This document shows, one piece after another, positions 27,809 through 42,092 of a DNA stretch of 64,000 bases. A program made the position numbers and the translations under genes. The notes under the pieces are model-generated. The model was not told the origin of the DNA, ran no database searches, and saw nothing but the letters and a program-made list of their open reading frames with translations. The DNA is from the human T2T-CHM13v2.0 reference genome, Homo sapiens, in the NCBI RefSeq assembly GCF_009914755.1, contig NC_060926.1. One strand, 5' to 3'. Every line of letters begins with the position of its first letter. Position 1 is the first letter of the stretch.

Positions 27809-28529
27809 GCAATTGAATTTTGTAGGCTGCCACTTACTGTGTTGTAACAGGGTTCTGCTGCACTTTCACCAGATGAGATGCTTGCCCTGTACCCCTACTG
27901 GGAATACCACTCTATTACTGACTCTTTACATTTACATTTTACATTTTTGTTTCTGTACATTGAGGCAAATTGCATTTTTTCCCTGTGTCTCTGGGTATTT
28001 TTTGATTAGAGCAGATCTCCCTGTGATGATTGTGTGTAACAGGGGTGGTTAAGACATGGTAAAAATTTGGAGGAAAAAAATGTATCTGAACTGTTTCTTA
28101 TCAACGGACAGATTCTGTATTTAACTCTTAAGAGTAAAGTTGAAATAAATTCATACACTATTATTTCTTAATTTTAACTTATAAGATTTTGTTTAAAATA
28201 TTGAATTACAGAAAAATCTGTGAAGAAAAAGGTTATTGCTAAAATCATAGAATAATGTAAGTTTATTCCATTTTATCTGAGTTGGTAAATATAGTTATAA
28301 CACTCAAAAAGTATCTGAAACATCATAGAAAAAAATTAAAAAGTAACTGTGAGAAACAACACCAGATGATAATGAATCACAGAAAGAAATTGATAGCTTA
28401 TTGAGAAGGAAGAATTTGAAGTCAGGGAGAGTAGAGAAACTAACAGAGGATTAAGAAGAATGTAAATGTAGTTTGACACAAGAAATATTAAAGCTCGGCA
28501 AGAAATTCTGTTTTAAAGTGTTATGAATT

Positions 28530-29760
28530 AACTCCAAAAATTTAATGAAGATTATCTACCAGAAACCCACGCCGAAAAGAATCATTCCTAATGGTTAAAT
28601 ATTAGAAACAGTCCTGCTACCAAATGTAAGGGAAAAAACTACTAGAGAACATCATATGTAGGTCTTATTCATTTATAGAAAAAGGAAGATAAAAAAATGA
28701 ATGTATAAATGTTGGAGAGGAAGGAAAAAAGCTGCCCGTATTTGGAGATAAGGTTATATAATAGGCAAATCCACATTAATCAACTGAAAACTACTGAAAG
28801 ACATAAAATGATTCAGCAAGATGGTAAGTTTAACAAATTCAACAGCTTTTCCGTAAAGCAGGAATACCCAATTAGAAAATTTAATGGAAAAATAGTATCA
28901 TTGGTAATAGCAACAACAACACAGCATAAAATACTTGAGAATGAAATTATAAAGGAAGGTGTATGCCTAGATGGAGAAAGCTGCAAGTTTAACTGATTGT
29001 GTGGTGCTGAAAATAACTCAATAATTATAGAAGTATATCAAATTTTAGGATTTAAAAATCTCAGTTTCATAGGATATCAATTTCCCTTGAAATAATCTAT
29101 AAACTGAAAATATTTTTTATCAAACTCTCAACATTATATTTATAGAACCTGATAAGTTGATTTTACAATTCATTATGAAAAAGAAAATATTCAATATTAG
29201 AAAGAAACTTTCAATAAAGAACGGTGTCTAAAAAGAGATCAAAATATTAATCTATTGTAATTATAACAGGGAGGTTGGCTGAGGATTCCATAATCGATCA
29301 ATGGAAAAGAATTGATTCCAGAAAAAGACCTATAAATACATATAAATATATGTTGAATAAGCTTTATTTAAAAACCTGAAGAAGGGATAGACTATTAAAT
29401 GGTCTTGTGACAATCAGCTAACCATCTAAAATGAAACAAAATTAGATCATATATAGTGCTCTGTACTAACAAATAAATTTTATATGAATTGAAAATTCAA
29501 ATATTAGATAAAAATACAGGAGAATGTTTTTATAATCAGATGGAGAAAGTTGTAAAGGAGGGAAAGACTTTCTAAATAAAATGCAAGACCCAGAAGTGGG
29601 AGGAAAAAATTTGGTAGATTTGGCTAAATAAAAATGAAAGACTTTTCCAAAATACAAGAGAAATAAAGGTCACAGAAAGTAACTGCCTTGGAAAAGTATT
29701 TGCAAGTTTCAGATCAAAAAGAAATTAATATTAATATTTACAATTCATAAAGCTATATAA
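28530..29760 (+). mobile_element. Old L1M ORF2 remnant
   Basis: atcattcctaatggttaaatattagaa; gaacctgataagttgattttacaattca; gatcaatggaaaagaattga; ggatagactattaaatgg. Confidence 0.75.
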
Positions 29761-29794
29761 CTAGGATCTTAACTCCTTTTTGTTTTTAGCCTAT

Positions 29795-30010
29795 CGTATC
29801 ATTTATTAATTTACTATGTTTTAGGTAACACACGGGGGTTTTATACATTTTCACATTTGTCTTGTTAAACCTGTAAGGTATATATTATTTCAAATTTTCC
29901 TTTTAAAGATAAGAAAAATAAACTTGGCCGAAATAATCAGGCTAAGGTTGTATAGTTACATGTGCCTCAGCCACCATTTAAACCAAGGTAAAGAATTCCT
30001 AACTGCAGTA
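29795..30010 (-). mobile_element. MIR
   Basis: atcatttattaatttactatgttttagg...ttttaaagataagaaaa...ctaaggttgtatagtta. Confidence 0.6.
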
Positions 30011-30159
30011 CTCTAGGAATTTCCCTTTCTTTGTGCTTATGAAATCTTTTTTCACAGTTTATGGTGTATAATTTAATTTTGTTCATACGTTAATGATGAT
30101 AAAACACTGAAAGATTGTGTAGATGTATAACTGTTAGTTGTTATCTATGTTATTTACTT

Positions 30160-30800
30160 TCTTTAAAGTTTAGTATGCTTTCCCTACACCCATCAGATAA
30201 TATTTTCATCTTATTTCTTGGTGTCATTTTATATAAACCCTTAATCCATCTAGAATTTATTTTTGGAATACAGCCCAAATAGAAATGGTAAACTGATTTT
30301 TTGCAGGTGACCCTTTTTCTATGTTAACTTATTTTACTAGGGGCCATTTTGAATGCATCCATTTTATTCCACATATTATGTGTCTATTCTCGTACCTACA
30401 TTACATTTGTTTACTCATTTCAGCTTTGTAATTTGCTTTAATACTTGATAGGGCAATCTTTTTATTCTTATTTTTCAAAAATTTCCTAGAAATTCTCCAC
30501 AGGCCATTCAAAATAATTACCCTTCTCTCCAGCATTGAATTTTTTCATCCAGGACTAAGGCATGCCTTTGCATTAACTGAAATCTTTGTACATATTGAAT
30601 AACTTATATAAGTTTGACAATTTTCTTTACATAGATCCTTACCATTTATTGTTAAACATTTTCCTAGAATATGTATTTATCTGTGTGTGTAACGAATGAG
30701 TTGTGTGGGAAATTAATGTTACTATAGTTAATGGGATGTTTTCTGTTCATCATATCTTCTACTCATAGCTGTTACTCATCGCTGTGTACTATAAGGACAT
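30160..30800 (-). mobile_element. Old L1M ORF2 remnant
   Basis: ttaatccatctagaatttatttt; cagctttgtaatttgctttaatacttgatagggca; tacatagatccttaccatttattgttaaac. Confidence 0.65.
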
Positions 30801-31139
30801 TGTTTTCCTTTAGCAGCAGCAGTAAATACTATATTTTTATATCATTTAAATTCAATAATCATTTTAAAGCACTATTAAATACTATTAAATACCAGTCTCT
30901 GTGCTAGGATTATGAAAATATAGGTAACACAGGGTTCTCTTTCTTTGTATAGGTAACACAGAGACCTTGAAAGCACGCAGGTCCTGGTAGAAGGGCATGC
31001 CGTCTTTATATCAGCAGCTAGGATGACGTATTGACAAGGGACATATTGACAAAGGGCAGAAAAAATATTGGTACTTAACTATATCTTTCAATATCTTCAC
31101 AGCAATTAGCATATTATCTTATCCTAGCAACAACTACAG

Positions 31140-31350
31140 TAGTATCAGCTACAATTTACTGCCTTTTATGTGTAAGTGTTGCAGCAGGAACTAAGAATAT
31201 TGCCATTAATCCTCCTGCCAACCTATCAGGTGAGCATTGTAATCTCTATGTCACCGATGAGGGGACTGAGACCCAGGGCCTTAAGGAATGTCTCCGCGGT
31301 TCCAGTGCAAGTCCAGCAGGTCTGTGTGCTTAGTATTCTTCCATTATGCT
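31140..31350 (-). mobile_element. MIR
   Basis: cagctacaatttactg...ttaatcctcctgccaacctatcaggtgagcattg...gatgaggggactgagaccca. Confidence 0.75.
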
Positions 31351-31591
31351 TGGCTATAGACAGAGTCAAAGATTATAGGAGGGAATAGGAAGCAAAAGAA
31401 AGTCAATGAAAGTCAATAAGAAAAAGACCTGTGACTGTTCACTAACTTGAAATATAAGACTATTTTTCTTTACTTTGGGTTTCTTGATGAAAGATGACAA
31501 ATTGGGAGGGTAGCTAGACAATAGTCAAAAAATATTAAAATAGTCAGAAAACCAACACCTTCCGTTCTCTTTATTCTTTTGTAAAATATAG

Positions 31592-31790
31592 CACCACACT
31601 GTCTAACATGTGGCTACTTAATTCTTAATTTTACATTTTACTTAATTCAAATTAAATAAAATTAATAATGCAGTTCTTCTGTTATACCAGTCATGTTTCA
31701 ACTGCTTAATAGATACATGTGGCTAGTAGTTACCATATTGGACAGTGTAAAAAAGTTTTATCATTCCAGAAATTTCTATTGGACAGTGCT
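31592..31790 (+). mobile_element. MER33/MER3-type hAT-Charlie element
   Basis: catgtggctactta...aattaaataaaatt...catgtggctagtagttaccatattggacagtg...tctattggacagtgctg. Confidence 0.85.
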
Positions 31791-34110
31791 GATTTAGCAT
31801 ATCTGACCCAGAGGTCATAATCTGCAGTTGCTTTATAATTTCAATTCTCAGCAAATATTTAATGTATGCCAGGATATGAGCTAGACATTGGGATATAAAA
31901 TAGGTAAGACACAGTTTGTCTCCTTAAGTTTTTCAAAATCCAGTGGCAGAGAAATGAAATGAAGTTGCCATTCTTGGGAATAATAATAAATAATTATAAT
32001 AATAATAGGTCCCCAAGATATTACTATACTTTTTCTGGTCTCTTTCCCTATAGAACTGTTGCCTATTTCAGAATGTGTAATCATTGCTTATTCCAGATTG
32101 ATCTGGGGTGCTCTGAATTATCTATTGCCTCAAGAATCTATGTGTTTAGTCCAGATTTTTGGCTTTAAAGTTTTGCAAATCTCAGTGCTGATTTTACACC
32201 CACCCACACAGGCCTAAAATTGCTGCCATGCACATATCTGAATCACAATTCCTGCTAATTCTTTTTGAATAGTAACTATGTTGGTTGTGATCTATTCACC
32301 TCTTCTTTGTCTTTGTTGCCTAATGAAAAAGACAAAATCTTGACTTAGAATGTTTCTCCATTTTATCTTGTGCAAAATGACCACTGACAAAATTTTCAGC
32401 GAGAGTGCAGTTCTTTGCTATTAAACATTTGAAATTTTTAACTTATGAGAAGCTGCTGAAAACCCTGTTGTTTTCTCACACAAGAAAGCTCAAATTCCCT
32501 ATGAGTTTTCATCCACAAGCCAGAGGGATTTTTGGAAACATCTTGCTGCCAGAAAAAGCTATCAAATATGCCTCCTTAGTGGGCTCTCTCTTACGAATAA
32601 TTCTTTTTCTCACTTTACGAAATACATCAAAAGCTCACTTTACCTCCCTTGGAAGAGCCCATGTCCATTTCATTAGAGCTTCCTTTTTGACACCTACTTT
32701 GGTTTCAGGTATTTTAGTATCTATGCATAAAATGTATCCCTTCCAAATTGATGTTCAAATGAAGTATTTATTTAGCACATTTTTTTTCCATTTGGCAACA
32801 AGATTTTGTGGGGTGGTATTATTTCATGAAGACAGCCTAAAATTAGCACTATCAAATCAGGGTAAATTAGAATCTCAGCCAAAGGTAGAAACGGAAAAGA
32901 AGAAATTATTATATGTATCTAAAACATTCATCTTCTTCTGAGAAAAGATTTGTTTTTGAATGTTGCCCAGCATTTACCTGGATCATTCTGTTTGTAAGAC
33001 AGTCATTGTATCTGTTGCCAAGTGCTGTCAACCAGAGAGCCAATGTCGTGTCGATTACTGCTTCCTGCTAGCTGTTGGACTCTCATCGTGTTTCCTAATC
33101 CATGCAAAATCAGCCTTGGCTAGTTTCTTATGCTCTTATTTTTTCACTGTCTAGATAAAATTTTCTTTTTTGTTGCCAGGCCTGGATGATTCAAAGCATA
33201 AGCATTTTAATTCCAAACCAAAAACTGAACATAAAAGTTCATTGACATGACATAGTCATCACATACTTCATGTCACATCACAAGTGCACATTTTAATAAA
33301 CTGATCATATTCTGTTGCTTTTAGGTATTTTTTCACACAAATGGAAGCAATATATTTCATTAACATGGATGGAAGCAAATAACATCACAGGATTAACCTA
33401 TAAATCCCTTCAGGGTAGAAAACAAAGCTATTTATTCTATTTTCCTTCAATGGCCCAAGTTATGAATGTTGCTCTGCAAGGCTAGCCTGATACATTTTAC
33501 TGAGTAATAGATCTTGCTTTGTCATTTACAGTTTTACTGTCAACACTTTGCAGTTATTCAATCTGTTTCTTCACTTAATCTAGGGACACTTGGCTGCTTG
33601 CCACCACCCTCCCCACCATTCTTTCAAACTATGGAATCTTATAGGAGTCCCCTTAAAGGAATTCATTAGAGGCTCAATCAAGAAAATTCAATATTGGATT
33701 TTTCTTTCTTCTTTACTCCTCACAATCCCCCATGACTTTGCCTACATCAAAATGTGCCTTCTTGCACCTCTTTTTCTCATCTCTGAAAGTTGATAGTGCC
33801 ATTTTCCATGTTAATGGTTAGGGGAATTCCATCCTCTTGTTTTCATGTGGAGAATTTCCACATTTCTAGTCTCTTTCCATATCATTTAATCCTTCCCTAT
33901 GTGACCTGTTCTTCTTTCCTTTGCCAGGGCCTGTGGAGTAAGGCAGTGATTCCCCTTGCAACTTTCCATGTAGGTGTCTGCTTGGCAGACTATCCCCTGG
34001 ATCATCTTGCATTAGTGGAAGAAACATACCCGATAGTTCCAAGTGGCCAAACATCTAAGCCTTGTTCTCTAATCCATTTAACTAATTAGAAAGCTCATAT
34101 GCTATCAACT

Positions 34111-34389
34111 GATATATTAGTCAAAGGATAAAACATTTCACTTAGAAAGAAGAAATGAGTTTAGGAGCTGTATCGTACATCATGGTGACAATAGTTAGAA
34201 ACAACATACTGTATACTTAATAATGCTGAGAGTAGATTTTAAGTGTTCTCACAATAAAACAAGTATATGAGGTAACACTTTTGATAATTAGCTTGATTTA
34301 GTCATTCCATGATGTAGACGTATATCAAAATATCATGTTGTACATCATAAATATATACAATTTTGATTAAAAAAACAAAACAAAGAAAA
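34111..34389 (+). mobile_element. L1MA-type 3' end
   Basis: gtcaaaggataaaacatttca; catggtgacaatagtta; gctgagagtagattttaagtgttctcac; A-rich tail. Confidence 0.9.
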
Positions 34390-35571
34390 TTGATGTGCTG
34401 ATCTCTATCTGATCTTGGGAAGACAGAGAAGAGATTGTTGTGATTTATTAGCTCCTTCAGATCCAGACATTAACATGCTGGTTTACATGTAAGTTGATGA
34501 AAAGTTGTAGTGTGTTACATCTCTTAGTGCTTGTGTTTGAATTATCTTTTGATAGTATCATGTGAGAAATGACATTTTAATTCAAAGGGGTTACCATGAT
34601 TGAGGGAATTCAGAATCAATGGCAAGCCTATGGAGGAGCATTTTTTAAATAGGATGCACCCCTCACATTTTATCGTTCAATGGGAAGCACACTCTAGCTA
34701 TAATATAATACTTGAGGATAAAGTTCTTGGCTAGATTGTTTTTGACATTGAGGTGATAGTTGCAACGTGATCTGGAGGTACTCCTTGGACATTTCTAGCT
34801 TTACCTTCGAATACCAAGGATTGTGCTATAAAAGTGCTTATGGTCAATGACAAAACTCACGAGAAGACAAAACAGTCACTGGAGGCACATAAAATTAGAT
34901 TCTGCCTTATATTGGTGCCCTTGGGAAAGGATTTTTACTTAATCATCAGTTGCATTTTTTATACTGATTTTTTAAGTCAGTTTTTCAAATGTTGATTTGA
35001 ATATCAATATGAGGTCATTTTATATGCATTGCTGTTTGGAGTACTTTTAACAGAAAATATTAATGGCTTAGGGTTACAACAAATTAAATTTCTGCATTTT
35101 GAAAGCAGAAGAGAAAATTTCTAGCACTGTTACTGAACCTTACTGATAAACAACATGTCACATCATTAACTCTGAACGGTTGATGAAATAGTAATAAAGA
35201 GCAAGAGCTTAAAAAGTAACCAGCATCTAAGATCAAAAAATCAAAGTCGAAAGAAGCGTGATTAAATGTATTTGATGACTATCAGCAATATGTACTAGAA
35301 AAATGGAGTTAGTTATTTCCAAGGAATATGAAATTTCTGTGTGCAAACATTTACTCTCTGGCTGGTGACCCAACTCAGATCATTAAGCATAAATTAATAA
35401 ATAATTGAAAGCATACCAGACTAAGGGCAGTTCTAAACTGGGGGAGACCAATCGATAAGAGGTCCTAGAGAAAGTAGGTTTAGTCCAAGCATTAAACGGG
35501 AAATGGAAATTCACTGGTGAACTGCAAGCTATTTTTAACATATTCACGCACAGACATCTATCCATATAAAT

Positions 35572-35811
35572 CAGGTTTGCCAAACTTGGCACTATTATCA
35601 TTTGAACCTTACTCATAATTCTTTGTTATCGGGGATGCTGTCTTGTGCATTGTAGGATGCCTAGCACAATCCTTGGCCTCTGCCTATTAGATACTAATAG
35701 CACACTTCCCCCTACCACCAGCCGTGGCAACCAAAAATATCTCCAGACATTAACAAACATCCCTTGGTGTTGCAGAAAGATCACTCTTTTCATCCCAGTT
35801 GAGAACAACTA
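35572..35811 (-). mobile_element. MER20 (hAT-Charlie)
   Basis: tgtcttgtgcattgtaggatg; caaccaaaaatatctccagacatt; ccagttgagaacaact. Confidence 0.9.
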
Positions 35812-35864
35812 AATACATTCTTACAGGAGAATCTTTCATTCGACACTATTTTATCTAACACTAA

Positions 35865-36165
35865 CAGTGATGATAGCTAAAATTTAAATTATTACCTTGT
35901 GCTAATCATTTTACTAGCATTATCTCATTCAATCCTCACAGTTGTGTGAGATAGGTAGGCACTTTTATTATCAATTCTTTAAAAATATTACATTTACATT
36001 TATTGGATGAATGAATGAATGCATTGTACCATTTTGCAGATGAAGAAACTGAGACTTAGAGAGTTTAAGAAACTTGCCCAAGGTAACACTACTAGAAATG
36101 GATCGAGTGAGGAATCATAGCTAGTCCTGACTAACCCCAAAGCTCATGCATACAAGTAGCACATT
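35865..36165 (-). mobile_element. MIR
   Basis: tctcattcaatcctcaca; cattttgcagatgaagaaactgagacttagagagtttaagaaacttgcccaaggtaacac. Confidence 0.9.
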
Positions 36166-38074
36166 AGAAGGTTTTTCAGTATAGTCTTTACCTGGCCTGT
36201 TATGGAAATTTAAAAAAGCATTAAAATAGCTGACATAAAAGCTAACCATAATGACAAAATTACAATATCAGAGAGTCTGAAAGATTGAATGTCTTCCCCC
36301 TAAGACTAGGAACAAGGTAAAAATGTCCAATCTCACAACTCTTATTGAACACAGTGCTAGAAATTCTAGTGTAATAAGGCAAGAAAAGGAAGCACAAGCA
36401 TCCGGATTGGAAAGGATGAAATAAAACTGTTCCTATTTGTAGTACACATGATTGATGGCACACAAAAATCCTAAGGAATCTGCCGAAAATCCCTCCTGAA
36501 CTAATAAATGAGTTCAGTAAGGGCACAGGAGACATATACAAAAGCCCCATTATATTTCTATATACTAACCATGAGCCAAAATTAAAAATGTAACACCATT
36601 TCCAATCACTACCAAGATTACTTAGGTGTCAATCTAACAAAAATGTATAGCACCTCTGTGCCAGAAACTACACGATGCTGATTTTAAAAAATCAAATATT
36701 TAAATAAATGTAGTGACAAAGTGTGTTCATGGATTGGAAGACTCAATAGTAACTATTTCAATTCTCCCCAAATTGCTATACCGGTTTAACACAATTCTTA
36801 TCAAGATCCCAGCAAAATATTTTTTATGTAGACATAGACAATATTGCATGAATTTTTATATTGAAAAGCAAAGGAAGTAGAATAGTTTTAGAGCAATTTG
36901 AAAGAGATTAAAATGGAAGTAATTAGCCTATATGATTTCAAGACTTATAACATAGCTACCCTAATCAAGATTGCATGTTATTAGTGGAAGCATAGATGCA
37001 TAGATCCATGGAATATAACACAGTACCTAGAAATAGACCCACATAAATATGCCTGCCTATTTTTTTTAAGTTATAAAAATGATTCAGTGGAAGAAGGATA
37101 CCTTTTTCACCAAATGAAGTGGGAGCAATTGGACATCCCATATACATTAAAAAAAAATGAAATTTGACCCAAGTCTCAAACCTTGTGCAAAAACTAACTC
37201 AAAATGTATCACAGGCTTAAATGTAAAATGTACATCTACAAAACTTTTAGAACCAAACATGGAAGAAAATCTTCAGGATCTAGAATAGGCAATAATTCTT
37301 AGACTTGACACCCAAAAGATGATACGTGGAAGGAAAAATTGACAATTTGGATTTTGTTAATATCAAAACTTTTTACTGCAAAAAGGACAAGATATAGTGT
37401 GGGAGAAAATATTCGCAATGACATACCCAGTAAAGGACTGGTATCTAGAATATGTAAAGACCTCTCAAAGCTCACTAGTGAAAGAAACAAACAACCCAAC
37501 TAGAAAATAGATAAAAGTCATGAAGAGATTTTCACTGAAAACTATATTCAGATGGCAAATAATCACATGAAAAAAGTTCCACCTCATTAGCCATTAGGGA
37601 AGTACAAATTAAAACCAAAATGAGATATCACCATACATCTGTCAAAATGGCTAAACTAAAAAATATTGATAAAACCAAATGCTGGTGGGGGTTAGAAAAA
37701 CTAGATCATTCAGACATAGCTGATGGGAAGGTATAATGATACAGCCATTATGGAAATCAGTTTGACAATTTCTATAAAAACTCAACGCAGAACTACCACA
37801 TGACCTAACAATTACAGTCCTGGAACTTATGCTCATGTAAAACCTGTACATGAATGTTTATGGTATCTCTATTTATAATAGCCAAAACCCATAAATAACA
37901 GAGATTACCTTCAACAGATGAACAGTTATACAAACTATGGTACATGTGTATCGTGGAATACTACTCAACAATAAAATGAACTACTGATATATGCAAAAAC
38001 CTGAGTTAATATGCAGAAAATTAAGCTGACTGAAAAAAGCCACTACTAAAAGATTACATTGTATGTGATTCCTA

Positions 38075-38213
38075 GGCCAGGTGGCATGGCTCACACCTAT
38101 AATCCCAGCACTTTGGGAGGCTGAGATGGGAGGAGCCCTTGAGATCAGGTCAGGAGTTCAAGACCAGCCTCCTCAACATAGTGAGACCTTCTCTGTATTT
38201 AAAAAAAAAAAAA
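38075..38213 (+). mobile_element. FLAM_C/Alu left monomer inserted in L1
   Basis: Monomer with poly-A; diverged TSD agattacattgtatgtgattcct / agattgcatagtatattattcct. Confidence 0.9.
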
Positions 38214-38403
38214 GATTGCATAGTATATTATTCCTCTTACACAACATTCTTGAAATGACAGAATTACAGAAGTGAAGAACAGGCTAGAGGTCAGGGATTA
38301 AGGAAGGGGTTGGGAAGTGATTATACAGGCAAACTAGTTGTGAGGGAAATGTTTTGTATCTTGATTACATCAATGATAATATTCTGGGTGCTATCTTGTA
38401 GTA

Positions 38404-38466
38404 TAGTTTTGCAAAATGTTATCATTGGTGGAAACTAGTTTTGCAAAATGTTATCATTGGTGGAAA
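38404..38466. repeat. Perfect 31-bp tandem duplication
   Basis: tagttttgcaaaatgttatcattggtggaaa at 38404-38434 and 38436-38466. Confidence 0.95.
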
Positions 38467-39961
38467 TGGGATCTCTCTACATTATTTCTTACAACTGCAT
38501 TTTTTTTATAATTATCCCAGAATAAAAAGCTTAATTTAAAAATATGAACATAGAGTCTGAGGAATTTAGATATATTTAATAACTGGAAGGCCTTTCTTAG
38601 CCATTTCAGTTTCAATGGAGCCCCAATGGTTATTTTATTTTGTTTGTTCATAAAGAAGCAGGACAACGATCTGGCCACTCAGAGGACATATTTCAAATGA
38701 AACTAAAGACTCTTCAGCCCAATAAATTCCAATAGATAAGTATAGAGTACGAGAGTTTTTGCTGTGGTTAAATTCAGGATCTCAAGCCTTAGTATTTTTG
38801 CACAATTAAATACTTCACAGTGACGGCTTCTGTCTGGACTCTTAAGGCACTCAATTTGTAATCACAACTCAGCTAGTATATTAATTACAACAATAAATAT
38901 GTATTGATTATCCCATTTGTTAGGCACTGAGCTAAAACACTGCCTTTACATCATTATCTTGCCATTTAATATTTATTATTTTAAATTTGCATTTGTACAT
39001 GCTTTTCTTAAAATTTAACATATGAGTTGTACAGCCCTTAAGTTAATTCTTGTCTCTGAATCTTGTCTCTGTATGTACCATGACCCTATTACAAGGTCTT
39101 ATGTGCAGGAGGCATATTGCACATATTTCTGAGTTACTTAAATGAAAGATTCTCAGTTTAGCTAATCACAGTACTTCCACAGGAAAAGGCATAGCATACA
39201 TTGTGGGCTCTTGGAGAAATGTATTGTTGTCAATAGTTGAATGATTCATGGAGGACCATTTCTGCTGTTATAGAGCGTCTTTCATTTATATCACACTGTG
39301 GTGGCTCCTAGGAGCAAGAGAACACCTGGCAGCAGAAACACCTGTACATATCTGTTGGAAGCCACAGACGTGCTTTAGGGCTGCAGTGACACTTGCCTAA
39401 CTCAAAATCCACATCATCATGCAGCTGTGTTCTTGCTATTCCTGTAGAATGGAGAGTGGATAGCCAGGAGGCTGGAGGAAGCACTAAGTAACCAGACAAA
39501 TGCTAAAGAAAACACCACAGATATCCAACTGTATTTAATTTTAAGCTGAAACAGTTTAACCAGGCATAACATGCTGGTCAAATTATGGGCACTAGGGGAA
39601 ATGTAAGATGAAAGAATGCATATGGTTTGAGAATTTTAAGAATATTTTATGGAGTGCAATGGAGATAAAATAGAAATATTTATGCAATTAAAGCTTGAAA
39701 CTACACAGCCCAAGCTATTACTTAGAGAAATCCAGACTTAATAGAATTTCTTCCTTTGAAATATTTTAATGACTCTAAGAATTGCCCTTCCAGTGTTTTA
39801 TGGTAATTTTTATCAAATAATGCTAAGGCTGTTCACCTTCCAAACTTTTTGTATCAAGCAGGGCAGCAGACTGGCTCAGAGCAGCCCCAGGTGATGACCA
39901 TTCAGACTATTGATTTTTTTTTTTTAGCTAGCACACTGAGGAATTTATCAGAACCTATTTG

Positions 39962-40022
39962 CAAAAACAAACAAACAAAAAAGCAAAAACAAACAAAAAA
40001 ACCCAAAAAACAAAAAACAAAA
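39962..40022. repeat. (CAAAA)n-like A-rich simple repeat
   Basis: caaaaacaaacaaacaaaaaagcaaaaacaaacaaaaaaacccaaaaaacaaaaaacaaaa. Confidence 0.8.
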
Positions 40023-40173
40023 CCTCTCAGAATATTTTTTACTCTAATTACACAGTAAATTAAAGTATAAATATTAGGAAAAGTATTTGTGAAAATTTAT
40101 AGCTGAAATGAAATTGCATTTACATTATGGAAAAAGTAAAGTGGATTTAATTGTTTAAAGAAAAATGATTAAC

Positions 40174-40499
<326 letters not shown>

Positions 40500-41744
40500 T
40501 TAATTGAGCAGACTGATATATTAGTAGGTAAGAGTTGTCTGGACCTTTAAAAATAGTGACTGACACTCAGGGGATAAAGGGAACATTATAATGGAAAGTT
40601 CTAACTCGTTATTTAGTGGGCAAACACCGTGGTTCTTCAGTTTATGGGCTTGGAGTCACCACCATACTGCTCTTTTCCTCTTAACTATCTTTTCTGTGGT
40701 ATGTTTCTTTCTTACCTGCTTTTCCCTCCTACCCCCGCCCCCCACATCAACTGTCCATGGTAAAAGGAAGTCCTTTGGGCAAATTCAGAAAAACAAATGG
40801 ACTTGAGGAAAAGACTGCGCTGTATCTGTGCTATTTACAATGACCCACTCAGTATCAACAAATAACCTGTTTCTCTGAAAGGAAATTAGCAAGTAAGAAG
40901 TGATTTAAATAAGAAGAAACTGATAGTGGTGTGTCTTTTTAGTACATTAAAGTTTTTCTTTTTTTTTTAATAAAGTTGTCCACGTAAAATAGTTAAAAGT
41001 GACTAATGATCCCACCCCAGAAAAATACCCAGTAGCGTTATACATTGGATCTATTTATTTTTATCAGTGAAAAAGCTCCCTTAGTTTCTATCACAACATA
41101 TCTACAATTCTTTCTGTCCAAAATGGTAAGCTAAGCCATCCTGTCCTGAATATAACCAAAACGGTACTTCAGTGGTTTGAAATCTGACCAACATTAGGAT
41201 TTATCCAAAGTACAAATATAAGATTTTATCTATCAATACTTCGCTAGTAAGAGATAATGGCCATTCATTTTAATAACAACTTTTAGTTAAGCAGTCACAA
41301 TTTAGAATAAACTTCTTTTTTTGTACTAATGTGTCACATACCTGGGGGAAGAAACCTCTTTGCTTTGTCTTTTCCAAACAAAATGACACTAATTGCTTTC
41401 CTCAGAGGTCCTATTTTTTTCCTTAATTATTTTAGTTTATCTTCTCCAAAAACCTTTAAACCTCCTTACAGCAAGTGAAGACTATATTTAACACACTGCT
41501 TCATTAAATCACTAACACTGCAAAATATGCAGAATGCCTATTTAACCAGGGTTATTTGACCTTAGAAAATAACGATCTTGTCAATAAAATTTAGTCAATA
41601 TATGTGTGTGTGTATATATAAATTTCTAAAAATCATTACCATTTTGCCTACTTATATTTAACTAGTGTTTCTCTGCAATAAGTACAACTTTTCTGCTCTG
41701 TTTTAGCAAAATCAGTGTATGTTTGAGAATATTTATGTTTTTAA

Positions 41745-42092
<348 letters not shown>

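Larger units (their letters stand above)
36255..38541 (+). mobile_element. L1MC-like ORF2 3' part and 3' UTR
   Basis: Continuous degenerate ORF2 (tgttcatggattggaagactcaata; agaaatagacccacataaatatg; ctggtatctagaatatgtaaaga) ending ggatctctctacattatttcttacaactgca. Confidence 0.92.

Noticed and set aside
32405-32941. Longest ORF (178 aa, + strand)
   Set aside because: GTG start, composition rich in F/L/K/I as expected from AT-rich DNA, no recognisable domain and no convincing splice sites.
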